Below are positions 37,102 to 45,202 of a stretch of DNA of 64,000 nt, piece by piece; position 1 is the first letter of the stretch, and each line of letters begins with the position of its first letter. The notes below the pieces were generated by a model. It did not search any database and was not told where the DNA came from. It saw nothing but the letters and a program-made list of their open reading frames with translations. The position numbers and the translations under genes were made by a program. This DNA comes from an uncultured Arcobacteraceae bacterium. GTDB lineage: Bacteria > Campylobacterota > Campylobacteria > Campylobacterales > Arcobacteraceae. The stretch covers positions 2,958-66,957 of the forward strand of contig CAZAOJ010000002.1 in the NCBI GenBank assembly GCA_964486745.1. The letters run 5' to 3'.

Positions 37102-39826
37102 CAACTACCTCACTACATCTTGGACATAAAGAGTTTTCATCTTTACTTCTATATTTCCAACATCTTGGACATTTTGCTTTGGCTGCATGATAAACTTCAA
37201 ATTTATATCCATCTACTTCGAAACTATCTATAACATTATCTTCAGTGTGTTTAATTACTTTTGATACAACAAACCAATCTTCAGCAACAGTTGAATCAAG
37301 AGCTAAAATATCTTTTGAATCTGTATAAATTACTAATTCAAGAGTTGATTTAATTACTTTTTCTTTATTTAATCTATCTTTTATTTCAGCAAATTTATTT
37401 TTTGCATTCATTAGATGCTCTTCATTTAAATCCACAGTTATTTCTGGTATAAAATATTTTGGCATATCAAAAATAGATTCAGCCCCATTGCTTATAACTT
37501 GTGGTGCATGTTGAACTAATTCATTCATGGTATAAGTTAATACTGGTGCAAGATTAGTAATAAAAGCCTTTGCAATCATAGCCATTGCACTTTGTGTTGC
37601 TAATCTTGTTTTAGAATTTTTACCATCACAGTACATTTTATCTTTTGAGATATCAATATATATATTTGATAAATCAGCTACTAAAAAATGATTTAGTTTA
37701 TTTAATCCTCTACTATAGTCATTTGTTTTAAATGCTTCATCAACCTCTTTAAAGACATTGTGTGCTTTATTTAAAATCCACTTGTCCATAATTCCCATAT
37801 CTTCTATTGGAACAATTTTTTCAAGTTCATGAACATTACCAAGTAAAATTTTACCAGTATTTCTTATTTTTCTATATTGTTCTGCCATTTGTTTTAGTAT
37901 TTCATCAGATATTTTAAGATCAGATTGATAATCACTCATAGCAACCCAAAGTCTAAGTATTTCAGACCCATACTGTTTGATTACTTTATCAGGTGCAACT
38001 ACATTACCTTTTGACTTAGACATCTTTTCACCCTTGGCATCTACAGTGAAACCATGAGTAAGAATAGATTTATAAGGAGTAATTTCATTTGAAGCAAGTG
38101 AAGTTAAAAGTGAAGATTGAAACCAACCTCTATGTTGATCACTACCTTCGAGATACATATCAGCTGGATAAGTTCCTGCATCATAGTTTCTACTTCTTAA
38201 CACTGCATTTTGTGTAGAACCACTATCAAACCATACATCTAAAATATCCATAGTTTTTTCTAAATCATCTGGATTTAAACCACTTCCAGGATATAAAAGT
38301 TCTTCAATACTTAAATCATACCAAGCATCAGCACCTTTCATCTCAAAAATCATAGCAATATAATTTAAAACTTGTTCATCATAAACTATCTCATCAGTTA
38401 ATTTATTTCTAAAAAATGCGATAGGTACTCCCCAATCTCTTTGTCTTGAAATACACCAATCAGGACGACCCTCTATCATAGTTTTTAATCGATTTTTTCC
38501 ATGTTCTGGATAAAATTTTACATTTTCAATAGCCTCAAGTGCATTTTGTCTTAATGTTTTTCCCTCTTTTCCATAAGGTTCATCCATAGATATAAACCAC
38601 TGCTTAGTAGCTCTAAAAATAATAGGCTTATGTGTTCTCCAACAATGTGGATATGAGTGAGTTATATCCACTCTTTTAATTAATGCATCACCTAAAAGTT
38701 CTAAAATTCTATCATTTGCTTTAAATACATTCATATTTAAAAATTCTTCTGGATTTGGAAGTAGTTTTTCTCTTACAATAGTATTATCATAAGCACCATT
38801 ACTACCAACTGGCATAAGAACTTCAAGACCATATTTTAGACCAACTTTATAGTCATCCTCACCATGACCTGGAGCAGTGTGTACTGCACCTGTACCACTA
38901 TCCATAAGTACATGTTCACCTAAAACAATTTTTGATTTTCTTCCATTTAAAGGATTTATTGCATATGTATTTTCTAAAGTTTTTGGATCAATTTGTTCAA
39001 CAATTTCACCTTTTACTATCTCATTTTCAATACAAAAATCGTGTAGTTTTTTAGCTACTATAAATCCATCTGAAGTTTTTACATAAGTCTCTTCACCATT
39101 TAAAGCAATACCTGTATTAGCAGGAAGTGTCCATGGAGTTGTAGTCCATATAATTACAGATTCATCACTATTTTCTAGTTTAAATGCTACATAAATAGAT
39201 GGAGATACTTTATCTTCATATTCAACTTCAGCTTCAGCCAATGCAGTTTGAGCTGCCCAAGACCAATATACAGGTTTACTTCTTTGAATTAATAAACCTT
39301 TATTTGCTATAGATATAAGTTCTCTATAAATATTTGCTTCAAATTTGAAATCCATGGTTAAATAAGGATTTTCCCAATCACCTAAAATACCAAGAGTTTT
39401 GAATTCGTCTCTTTGAATATCAATAAATTTTGTAGCATGATCACGGCAAAGCTGTCTAAGTTTTGATTTAGGTAACTCTTTTTTCTTTTTACCACCAATC
39501 TTCTCTTCAACTTTTTGCTCAATAGGCAATCCATGACAATCCCAACCTGGAACATATCGTACTGATTTTCCATCAAAATAATTGTATTTAACTATAATAT
39601 CTTTTAGTACTTTATTTAATGCATGACCAATATGAATATTTCCATTTGCATAAGGTGGTCCATCATGTAATGTAAATGTTTCACAACCTTTTCGGTTAGC
39701 TTTCATTTTATCATATACTTTTTGTTCATCCCAAAGTTTATATTGCTTTGGTTCATTGTTTGGCAAGCTTCCACGCATAGGGAAACTTGTTTTTGGTAAC
39801 TGTAGTGTGTCTTTATAATCGATCAT
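37094..39826 (-). CDS. ileS: isoleucine--tRNA ligase
   Basis: 910 aa. HIGH motif (NGNIHIGHA), KMSKS, CP1 editing domain, C-terminal Zn finger CPRCW...CPRC. Confidence 0.97.
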   Translation of the reverse strand: MIDYKDTLQLPKTSFPMRGSLPNNEPKQYKLWDEQKVYDKMKANRKGCETFTLHDGPPYANGNIHIGHALNKVLKDIIVKYNYFDGKSVRYVPGWDCHGLPIEQKVEEKIGGKKKKELPKSKLRQLCRDHATKFIDIQRDEFKTLGILGDWENPYLTMDFKFEANIYRELISIANKGLLIQRSKPVYWSWAAQTALAEAEVEYEDKVSPSIYVAFKLENSDESVIIWTTTPWTLPANTGIALNGEETYVKTSDGFIVAKKLHDFCIENEIVKGEIVEQIDPKTLENTYAINPLNGRKSKIVLGEHVLMDSGTGAVHTAPGHGEDDYKVGLKYGLEVLMPVGSNGAYDNTIVREKLLPNPEEFLNMNVFKANDRILELLGDALIKRVDITHSYPHCWRTHKPIIFRATKQWFISMDEPYGKEGKTLRQNALEAIENVKFYPEHGKNRLKTMIEGRPDWCISRQRDWGVPIAFFRNKLTDEIVYDEQVLNYIAMIFEMKGADAWYDLSIEELLYPGSGLNPDDLEKTMDILDVWFDSGSTQNAVLRSRNYDAGTYPADMYLEGSDQHRGWFQSSLLTSLASNEITPYKSILTHGFTVDAKGEKMSKSKGNVVAPDKVIKQYGSEILRLWVAMSDYQSDLKISDEILKQMAEQYRKIRNTGKILLGNVHELEKIVPIEDMGIMDKWILNKAHNVFKEVDEAFKTNDYSRGLNKLNHFLVADLSNIYIDISKDKMYCDGKNSKTRLATQSAMAMIAKAFITNLAPVLTYTMNELVQHAPQVISNGAESIFDMPKYFIPEITVDLNEEHLMNAKNKFAEIKDRLNKEKVIKSTLELVIYTDSKDILALDSTVAEDWFVVSKVIKHTEDNVIDSFEVDGYKFEVYHAAKAKCPRCWKYRSKDENSLCPRCSEVVGA

Positions 39827-39896
39827 TTATATAATCATCCTGTTATTAAAAATAGGATAGAGTATATCTAAAGTATATTTAGTAAAAGGTTAAATA

Positions 39897-40403
39897 ATGA
39901 ATGATATAAATTTTACACAAAATGATATGATTAAAATGCAAAATATATTAAGACAAAATAATGAAACAATTACATGTGCAGAAAGTTGTACTGGAGGATT
40001 AATTGCTTCTGAAATTACAAAAATAGCTGGTTCATCTTCTATATTTAAAGGATCAATAGTAACTTATTGCAATGAGGTTAAAGAGAAAGAACTAGGTGTA
40101 TCAAAGCAAACTATGATAGATAATGGTGTAGTTAGTATAGAAGTAGTAAATGAGATGTTAGATGGAGTGATTAAAAAGTTTGACGCATCTTATGCAGTTG
40201 CTGTTAGTGGAGTTGCAGGTCCAGGAGGTGGAACAAAAGATAAACCAGTAGGTATGGTAGTTGTTGGAGCATGTACAAGTAATGGTTTAAAAGATACCCA
40301 AATATATCACTTTAAAGGTGATAGAATATCAGTACAAAATCAAGCCAAAAACAAGGCTTTAGAAAAAGTTTTTAAATTTATCTCAAAAACTCTTGACAAA
40401 TAA
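39897..40403 (+). CDS. CinA C-terminal-domain / nicotinamide-nucleotide amidohydrolase family protein
   Basis: TCAESCTGGLIAS...VSGVAGPGGGT..KPVG motifs. 168 aa. Confidence 0.85.
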   Translation: MNDINFTQNDMIKMQNILRQNNETITCAESCTGGLIASEITKIAGSSSIFKGSIVTYCNEVKEKELGVSKQTMIDNGVVSIEVVNEMLDGVIKKFDASYAVAVSGVAGPGGGTKDKPVGMVVVGACTSNGLKDTQIYHFKGDRISVQNQAKNKALEKVFKFISKTLDK

Positions 40404-40421
40404 AAAAAATATCTGTATAAT
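40393..40421 (+). promoter_or_regulatory. consensus sigma70 promoter for the tRNA cluster
   Basis: TTGACA (40393-40398), a 17-nt spacer, then TATAAT (40416-40421). The first tRNA begins at 40441. The -35 element lies inside the last codons of the upstream CDS. Confidence 0.65.
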
Positions 40422-40440
40422 TCCAGTCCATTTTATGAAT

Positions 40441-40516
40441 GACCTGTTAGCTCAGTCGGTAGAGCATCTCCCTTTTAAGGAGGTGGCCGTTGGTTCGAAT
40501 CCAACACGGGTCACCA
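40441..40516 (+). tRNA. tRNA-Lys (anticodon UUU)
   Basis: Hand-folded cloverleaf. Acceptor GACCTGT/ACGGGTC, anticodon loop CTTTTAA, T-loop GGTTCGAATCC, encoded CCA. Confidence 0.88.
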
Positions 40517-40532
40517 TTTCAATGTTATTTTC

Positions 40533-40608
40533 GGTCGATTAGCTCAGTTGGTAGAGCGCTACCCTTACAAGGTAGACGTCAGTGGTTCGAGTCCACTATC
40601 GACCACCA
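40533..40608 (+). tRNA. tRNA-Val (anticodon UAC)
   Basis: Acceptor GGTCGAT/ATCGACC, D arm AGCTCAGTTGGTAGAGC, anticodon loop CTTACAA, T-loop GGTTCGAGTCC, CCA. Confidence 0.88.
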
Positions 40609-40611
40609 TAT

Positions 40612-40686
40612 GGTCCCATCATCTAGTGGTTAGGATTGCTGGTTTTCATCCAGTCCACAGGAGTTCAAATCTCCTTGGGATCACCA
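40612..40686 (+). tRNA. tRNA-Glu (anticodon UUC)
   Basis: Acceptor GGTCCCA/TGGGATC, D arm TCTAGTGGTTAGGA, anticodon stem GCTGG/CCAGT with loop TTTTCAT, T-loop AGTTCAAATCT, CCA. Confidence 0.85.
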
Positions 40687-40701
40687 TATTATAAAAAAGA
40701 A

Positions 40702-40778
40702 GCGGTGGTAGTTTAGTTGGTTAGAATGCCTGCCTGTCACGCAGGAGGTCGCGAGTTCGAGTCTCGTTCACCGCGCCA
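40702..40778 (+). tRNA. tRNA-Asp (anticodon GUC)
   Basis: Acceptor GCGGTGG/TCACCGC, anticodon stem CCTGC/GCAGG with loop CTGTCAC, T-loop GGTTCGAGTC, CCA. Confidence 0.88.
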
Positions 40779-40865
40779 CTTTTTTTATTTAAATTTCAAT
40801 CAAAATATTTCACATTTTTAAGCTAAAATATAATCAATTTTTATTATAATTCTTTTCTTATTTAT

Positions 40866-40941
40866 GACCCTGTCGTCTAGTGGCTAAGGACCTCTGGATT
40901 TCCTCCAGATGACGTAAGTTCAACTCTTACTGGGGTCGCCA
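40866..40941 (+). tRNA. second, divergent tRNA-Glu-like gene (anticodon UUC, pyrimidine at position 37)
   Basis: Acceptor GACCCTG/TGGGGTC, D arm GTCTAGTGGCTAAGGAC, anticodon stem TCTGG/CCAGA with loop ATTTCCT, T arm GTAAG-TTCAACT-CTTAC, CCA. Separated from the other four tRNAs by 87 nt containing TATAAT-like elements. Confidence 0.7.
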
Positions 40942-41031
40942 ATCAAAACATTAATATTATAAGATTTTATATAGATATTTAAAAGTAGTTGTTTTTAAAG
41001 TTTATTTAGGTGATACTTGAAGGTGATGCTT

Positions 41032-41059
41032 TTTATAATCCCTTTATAGGGATTATAAA
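41032..41059. terminator. 12-bp perfect hairpin between the tRNA cluster (+) and the nap operon end (-)
   Basis: TTTATAATCCCT-TTAT-AGGGATTATAAA read directly. Flanked by T/A runs on both strands, consistent with a bidirectional intrinsic terminator. Confidence 0.6.
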
Positions 41060-41069
41060 TTGATATATT

Positions 41070-41513
41070 TTAAGTATAAGTTACTATTCTTTTATTTTCA
41101 TTTGCACTATTTCTCATATCATCATACAGTTTTTGATATTTAACTTTATCTTCAAATGAAATAGGAGTACGAATCGATTTAAATTCAACTAATTTATCAT
41201 CTTTATATACACCACTAATTTGTGCATACACCCAGTAATAACCACTATCTTTTCTCATATTCTTTACAAATCCACGCCATTTTCTACCGCTTTTTATAAC
41301 TTCCCATAAGTCTTTAAAAGCAGCTTTTGGCATATCTGGATGTCTTACTATATTATGTGGCTTTCCAACTAATTCATCTGGAGTGTATCCACTAATTTGA
41401 GCAAATGTTTCATTTGCATATGTGATATTACCATTTAAATCTGTTCTTGATATGATTAGTTCATCAGATGGAACTTTTGTTTCTATTAAAAATTCACTTG
41501 CATTATATTGCAT
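41070..41513 (-). CDS. stand-alone Aer/CetB-type PAS domain protein (last gene of the nap operon)
   Basis: ISRTDLNGNITYANETFAQISGYTPDELVGKPHNIVRHPDMPKAAFKDLWEVIKSGRKWRGFVKNMRKDSGYYWV matches the FAD-binding Aer PAS signature (N.VRHPDMP). The ATG at 41513 has AAGGA upstream and lies 1 nt after the napD stop. The track ORF start at 41555 would overlap napD. Confidence 0.85.
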   Translation of the reverse strand: MQYNASEFLIETKVPSDELIISRTDLNGNITYANETFAQISGYTPDELVGKPHNIVRHPDMPKAAFKDLWEVIKSGRKWRGFVKNMRKDSGYYWVYAQISGVYKDDKLVEFKSIRTPISFEDKVKYQKLYDDMRNSANENKRIVTYT

Positions 41514-41514
41514 T

Positions 41515-41901
41515 TTATTTTCCTTTATTATCAAACTCTCGAGCAAAACCTTCAAGGTCTTTTTTCTTTAGGTCTCCTCTATAGATAATATCTTTAGGAT
41601 CTAAAGTATCATCATGAAGCATTTTTGGAACAGCATCAGCATTGTTTAATACTTCCATATGTTGATCTAATTCATCTTCACTATATGCCATTTGCATATC
41701 TGCAGCTATAACATGAGGAATTGCTTCAATGACTCTTAGCTTTTCTAGTTCTTCAGATACTCCTTCACCTTCAATAGTAATAATTACCCTTCCTTTTTCA
41801 TCATGAAGATGATAATCACAAGCTTCACAGTTTTTTAAGTTTTCTACTACTTCGTCTAAATACTTTGGTAATGTTTGTACTACTATACTTGATATGTTCA
41901 T
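41515..41901 (-). CDS. napD: NapD chaperone for NapA (with C-terminal extension)
   Basis: MNISSIVVQT...VENL......E.H.....G..I.TIEGE.....E....I..I..V and its position as the nap operon tail gene. 128 aa, longer than the typical ~90-110 aa. Confidence 0.8.
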   Translation of the reverse strand: MNISSIVVQTLPKYLDEVVENLKNCEACDYHLHDEKGRVIITIEGEGVSEELEKLRVIEAIPHVIAADMQMAYSEDELDQHMEVLNNADAVPKMLHDDTLDPKDIIYRGDLKKKDLEGFAREFDNKGK

Positions 41902-41913
41902 TTATAATCCCTT

Positions 41914-42894
41914 TTATTTTAGTTTATAATAATTAAATTTGTTTGAATCTGTTGCTACAAATAATTCATCTTCATTTATGAATAATATTGTATTTAATGT
42001 CATTAGATTATTTGTAAGCTTGTATAATTCATTTTTTGTATTTGTATTAAATACTACTACATTGTTTTGTTCATCAACACTATATGCACCTAAATTACCA
42101 CTAGGTGATAAACCTGCTGCATATATTAAGAACCAATGTTTTTTTCTTAATGAGTAACTTTTATTTGATTTTAAATCATATACTACACATCTTCCATCTT
42201 GACCTGCAGTTATAATTTTATTATTCTTGAAATCAACTTTAAATACTTTATCAAGATTTTTACCTTCAAGGATTTTGATGATTTTAGCATTTTTAATATC
42301 AACTAATTTTAAATCACCACTTTCATCTGCGACAATTGCTAAAGATTTATCTTCATTTAAAGCAAAATCAGCAAATGTAGAGTTAAACTCTGCATCTGGT
42401 GCAATTATATCTAATGACCAAATTACCTTTTTATTTTTTAGGTCATATGTATACATTTTATTTCCAAGAGTTTCAAATAAAATAGTATTTTCATCCAAAA
42501 ATTTTGTTTTTGTTACATATAATCTATCATTTACACTAATGATTTTTTCTATTTTATCATTTTGGCTAATATATATCTCTCTATATCCACTTTTTGCTTG
42601 TACTGTAAATACAATTTTATCGTTTATAGCATCTACATTATAAATTTTTGCATCAATCTCATCACCCATAAAATCTGTAATTTTTGGTACAGTTATTGTT
42701 GTAATTAAATCATGAGTAGTTAAATCAAAAATATTAATTGCTCCAGCTTGTGTTGATGTTAGTAAGTTATTTTTATGTTTTACTACATCTGTCACTCCAC
42801 CACTTGCAGTGTATACAAATGTAGGTACTAAATCTTTTGCAAATAAATTTATATTAAGAAGTATTAATAGTAGTGTAGTTAATAATTTACGCAT
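41914..42894 (-). CDS. napL: NapL periplasmic beta-propeller protein
   Basis: Signal peptide, repeated WD40-like blades, and position between napF and napD as in epsilonproteobacterial napAGHBFLD operons. Confidence 0.78.
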   Translation of the reverse strand: MRKLLTTLLLILLNINLFAKDLVPTFVYTASGGVTDVVKHKNNLLTSTQAGAINIFDLTTHDLITTITVPKITDFMGDEIDAKIYNVDAINDKIVFTVQAKSGYREIYISQNDKIEKIISVNDRLYVTKTKFLDENTILFETLGNKMYTYDLKNKKVIWSLDIIAPDAEFNSTFADFALNEDKSLAIVADESGDLKLVDIKNAKIIKILEGKNLDKVFKVDFKNNKIITAGQDGRCVVYDLKSNKSYSLRKKHWFLIYAAGLSPSGNLGAYSVDEQNNVVVFNTNTKNELYKLTNNLMTLNTILFINEDELFVATDSNKFNYYKLK

Positions 42895-43204
42895 TTGGAT
42901 TAAACCCAGTATTTATCTCTTCATTTTTTTGATTTATTTTATCTATCTCTTCTTGATATTCTTCTTGAAGCTTAGCCATTTTAGATTCAATATCTTCATA
43001 GTTTGCAGCAGTTAATAGCTGAGATCTTGTCCATTGTACTTCTATATCATTTCCATACTCTGCACCCATATCTTCAATTTTTTCTTTATATTCATCTAAA
43101 TCTTTACAAATTACTTCAGTATTATCAAAAGTATCTGTTAGTTTTATAAACCAACCACCAAGTCCATCTGATTCTACATGAGATATAAATTTTACTGCTG
43201 ACAT
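42887..43204 (-). CDS. acidic cytoplasmic hypothetical protein inserted between napF and napL
   Basis: 105 aa with no signal peptide. Starts 2 nt after the napF stop and overlaps the napL start by 8 nt. C-terminal coiled-coil-like MAKLQEEYQEEIDKINQKNEE. Confidence 0.6.
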   Translation of the reverse strand: MSAVKFISHVESDGLGGWFIKLTDTFDNTEVICKDLDEYKEKIEDMGAEYGNDIEVQWTRSQLLTAANYEDIESKMAKLQEEYQEEIDKINQKNEEINTGFNPNA

Positions 43205-43206
43205 TT

Positions 43207-43692
43207 TTATCCTTTAATTATCTTTATTGCATCACTTGGACATACACTTATACAAAATCCACAACTTGTACATTTATTTTCATGAATAATTGGTTTGAAC
43301 ATAGCCGTAAATTCAATTGCATTATCCAAACATGGGTCCTTACAAGAAAAGCACATAGTACTATTCCAACTCATACATTTTGCTGTATCTATACTAAATA
43401 TAAGATTAATATTTTTTAAATTCTCTATTTTTAATACATCATTGTTACAAGCCTTTGCACACTCATCACAATAAGTACAGCCACTATTTGAAAAATCTAA
43501 TATTGGAGTACCATCATCTTGTATTACTATAATTTGTTCTTCACAAATCGTTGCACAATCTTTAGTTTCACACTTTATGCAGCCAGTTGTAAAATCTTCT
43601 TCATTTTCAAAATATGGTGGTCTTATAATAATAAATTCATTATTTTGTTTAAACGGTTTTGTTAAACTTTTAAATAATTCTCTTCTTTGCAT
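43207..43692 (-). CDS. napF: NapF ferredoxin-type maturation protein
   Basis: N-terminal RRELF twin-Arg-like motif and several CxxCxxCxxxC(P) 4Fe-4S motifs (CTYCDECAKAC, CFSCKDPC, CTSCGFCISVCP). Confidence 0.85.
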   Translation of the reverse strand: MQRRELFKSLTKPFKQNNEFIIIRPPYFENEEDFTTGCIKCETKDCATICEEQIIVIQDDGTPILDFSNSGCTYCDECAKACNNDVLKIENLKNINLIFSIDTAKCMSWNSTMCFSCKDPCLDNAIEFTAMFKPIIHENKCTSCGFCISVCPSDAIKIIKG

Positions 43693-43704
43693 AATTTTAT
43701 AAAA

Positions 43705-43737
43705 CTAAGAGTTAAGGTATTAACACTTAACTCTTAG
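43705..43737 (-). terminator. 12-bp perfect hairpin plus T-tract between napB and napF (intra-operon terminator or attenuator candidate)
   Basis: Minus strand reads CTAAGAGTTAAG-tgttaatac-CTTAACTCTTAG followed by TTTTATAAAATT, then the napF ATG. Confidence 0.5.
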
Positions 43738-43746
43738 TAATTGATA

Positions 43747-44385
43747 CTATTTTGTAGTATCAATATCTTCCATAAATTTTGTATCATCCCATGATGATTT
43801 ATAAGCACCATCTTTTGATGTAAATTCAGGTTTAAAATTATTTGGAGTAATTAATTTTACATCCATATCTTGTGGAGCATGACATTGTGAACAATTAAAT
43901 CTTCCTTGGTACAATGTTTTTCCAGCTTTAATAGATACATTTGATAATTTATCACTAGAAGTATTATCTACTTTTTTACCATTTTTCATTACTTTACCAT
44001 CAGCTGCAATAGCAGTAGCTGGTCTAAAGTTTGTCATATGTGACACTGGTACACTTGGGATTGTTTTATCATAAGGTGCACTATCAACATGACAAGTGAT
44101 ACATTGGTTGTTATTTTGAGTAATTGGTAACATACCAGTAGTATCGTGAGGTATCATAGGTGGAGCATCTTGGAATGCTCTTTTCATTACTTTACTACTT
44201 CCAGCTGCAGCTTTACTATATTGAACACCAGGTGTCATTACTGCACTTTCATCTGACAGAGCTGTATTTCTATAACTTAATTGCTCAGCAGAAACCATAT
44301 TATTACTACTACCACTAACACAACCTACAAATATCGTTGCTCCCGCAATTAAGCTTAAAGTTATTAGTTTAGTTCTTTTTAACAT
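43747..44385 (-). CDS. napB: NapB dihaem cytochrome c subunit (long form, possible lipobox FVGC)
   Basis: Two CxxCH motifs (CITCH, CSQCH) and the conserved PP.IPH segment (DAPPMIPHD). 212 aa. Confidence 0.88.
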   Translation of the reverse strand: MLKRTKLITLSLIAGATIFVGCVSGSSNNMVSAEQLSYRNTALSDESAVMTPGVQYSKAAAGSSKVMKRAFQDAPPMIPHDTTGMLPITQNNNQCITCHVDSAPYDKTIPSVPVSHMTNFRPATAIAADGKVMKNGKKVDNTSSDKLSNVSIKAGKTLYQGRFNCSQCHAPQDMDVKLITPNNFKPEFTSKDGAYKSSWDDTKFMEDIDTTK

Positions 44386-45202
44386 CTTTATTCCTTGCTA
44401 TAAAATTTCTAATTGAAAAATTTAATGCATCGTCATCACAAACTTCGACACATCTTCCACAATTTGTACATTCGCCCATTAGTATTTGTTCACTTGATTT
44501 ACCAATCATAAACAATACTTGATTTTCTGGACAAACTTCTTTACATTTCATACAAACTGTACATTTCTCTTCATCATGATCTACTCTAATTAGGCTAAAT
44601 TTCCCTAAAGTTGAATAGAATCCACCAAGTGGACAAATATGTCCACACCAACCATTTTTTAATATAAAAAGATCAAATAAAAATATTACAAGCATAGCTG
44701 CCCAACCAAACCCAAGACCAAAAATAATTGATCTATGAGTTATAGAAATTGGAGAGATAAACTCAAACGCAGTTACACCTAAAATATATGATAACACTAA
44801 ACTAAGTGCTAATACCCAATATCTTATATTTCTACTTGCTGGTTGTTTTTTTTGTATTTGGTTAAAACCAAATTTTCTTCTTATATAGTTTGCACTATCT
44901 GTAATTAAATTTACAGGACAAACCCAAGAACAAAAAACTCTACCACCAATTACTAAATAAAATATTGTAATAATAGCTGCACCTAATATAACATTTGTTG
45001 CCATAGCTGCACCTGCACTAAACATTTGTAATGCAGCAAATGGGTCACTCAATGGAATTATTCCTAAAACAGAAGATGAACTAAGATTTCCTTGTAGCAT
45101 CTTCCATCCCCAAACATTTCCAGCAAAATATAAGAACATAAGAGAGACTTGCGTTAATCGTCTTAATATTAAGAATCTATAATGTTTCCATATACTAGTC
45201 AT
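44369..45202 (-). CDS. napH: NapH membrane quinol dehydrogenase subunit
   Basis: 4 TM, CxxC motifs at the TM ends (FCSWVCP, WCGHICP), and two C-terminal 4Fe-4S motifs (CTVCMKCKEVCP, CTNCGRCVEVC). Confidence 0.9.
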   Translation of the reverse strand: MTSIWKHYRFLILRRLTQVSLMFLYFAGNVWGWKMLQGNLSSSSVLGIIPLSDPFAALQMFSAGAAMATNVILGAAIITIFYLVIGGRVFCSWVCPVNLITDSANYIRRKFGFNQIQKKQPASRNIRYWVLALSLVLSYILGVTAFEFISPISITHRSIIFGLGFGWAAMLVIFLFDLFILKNGWCGHICPLGGFYSTLGKFSLIRVDHDEEKCTVCMKCKEVCPENQVLFMIGKSSEQILMGECTNCGRCVEVCDDDALNFSIRNFIARNKDVKKN

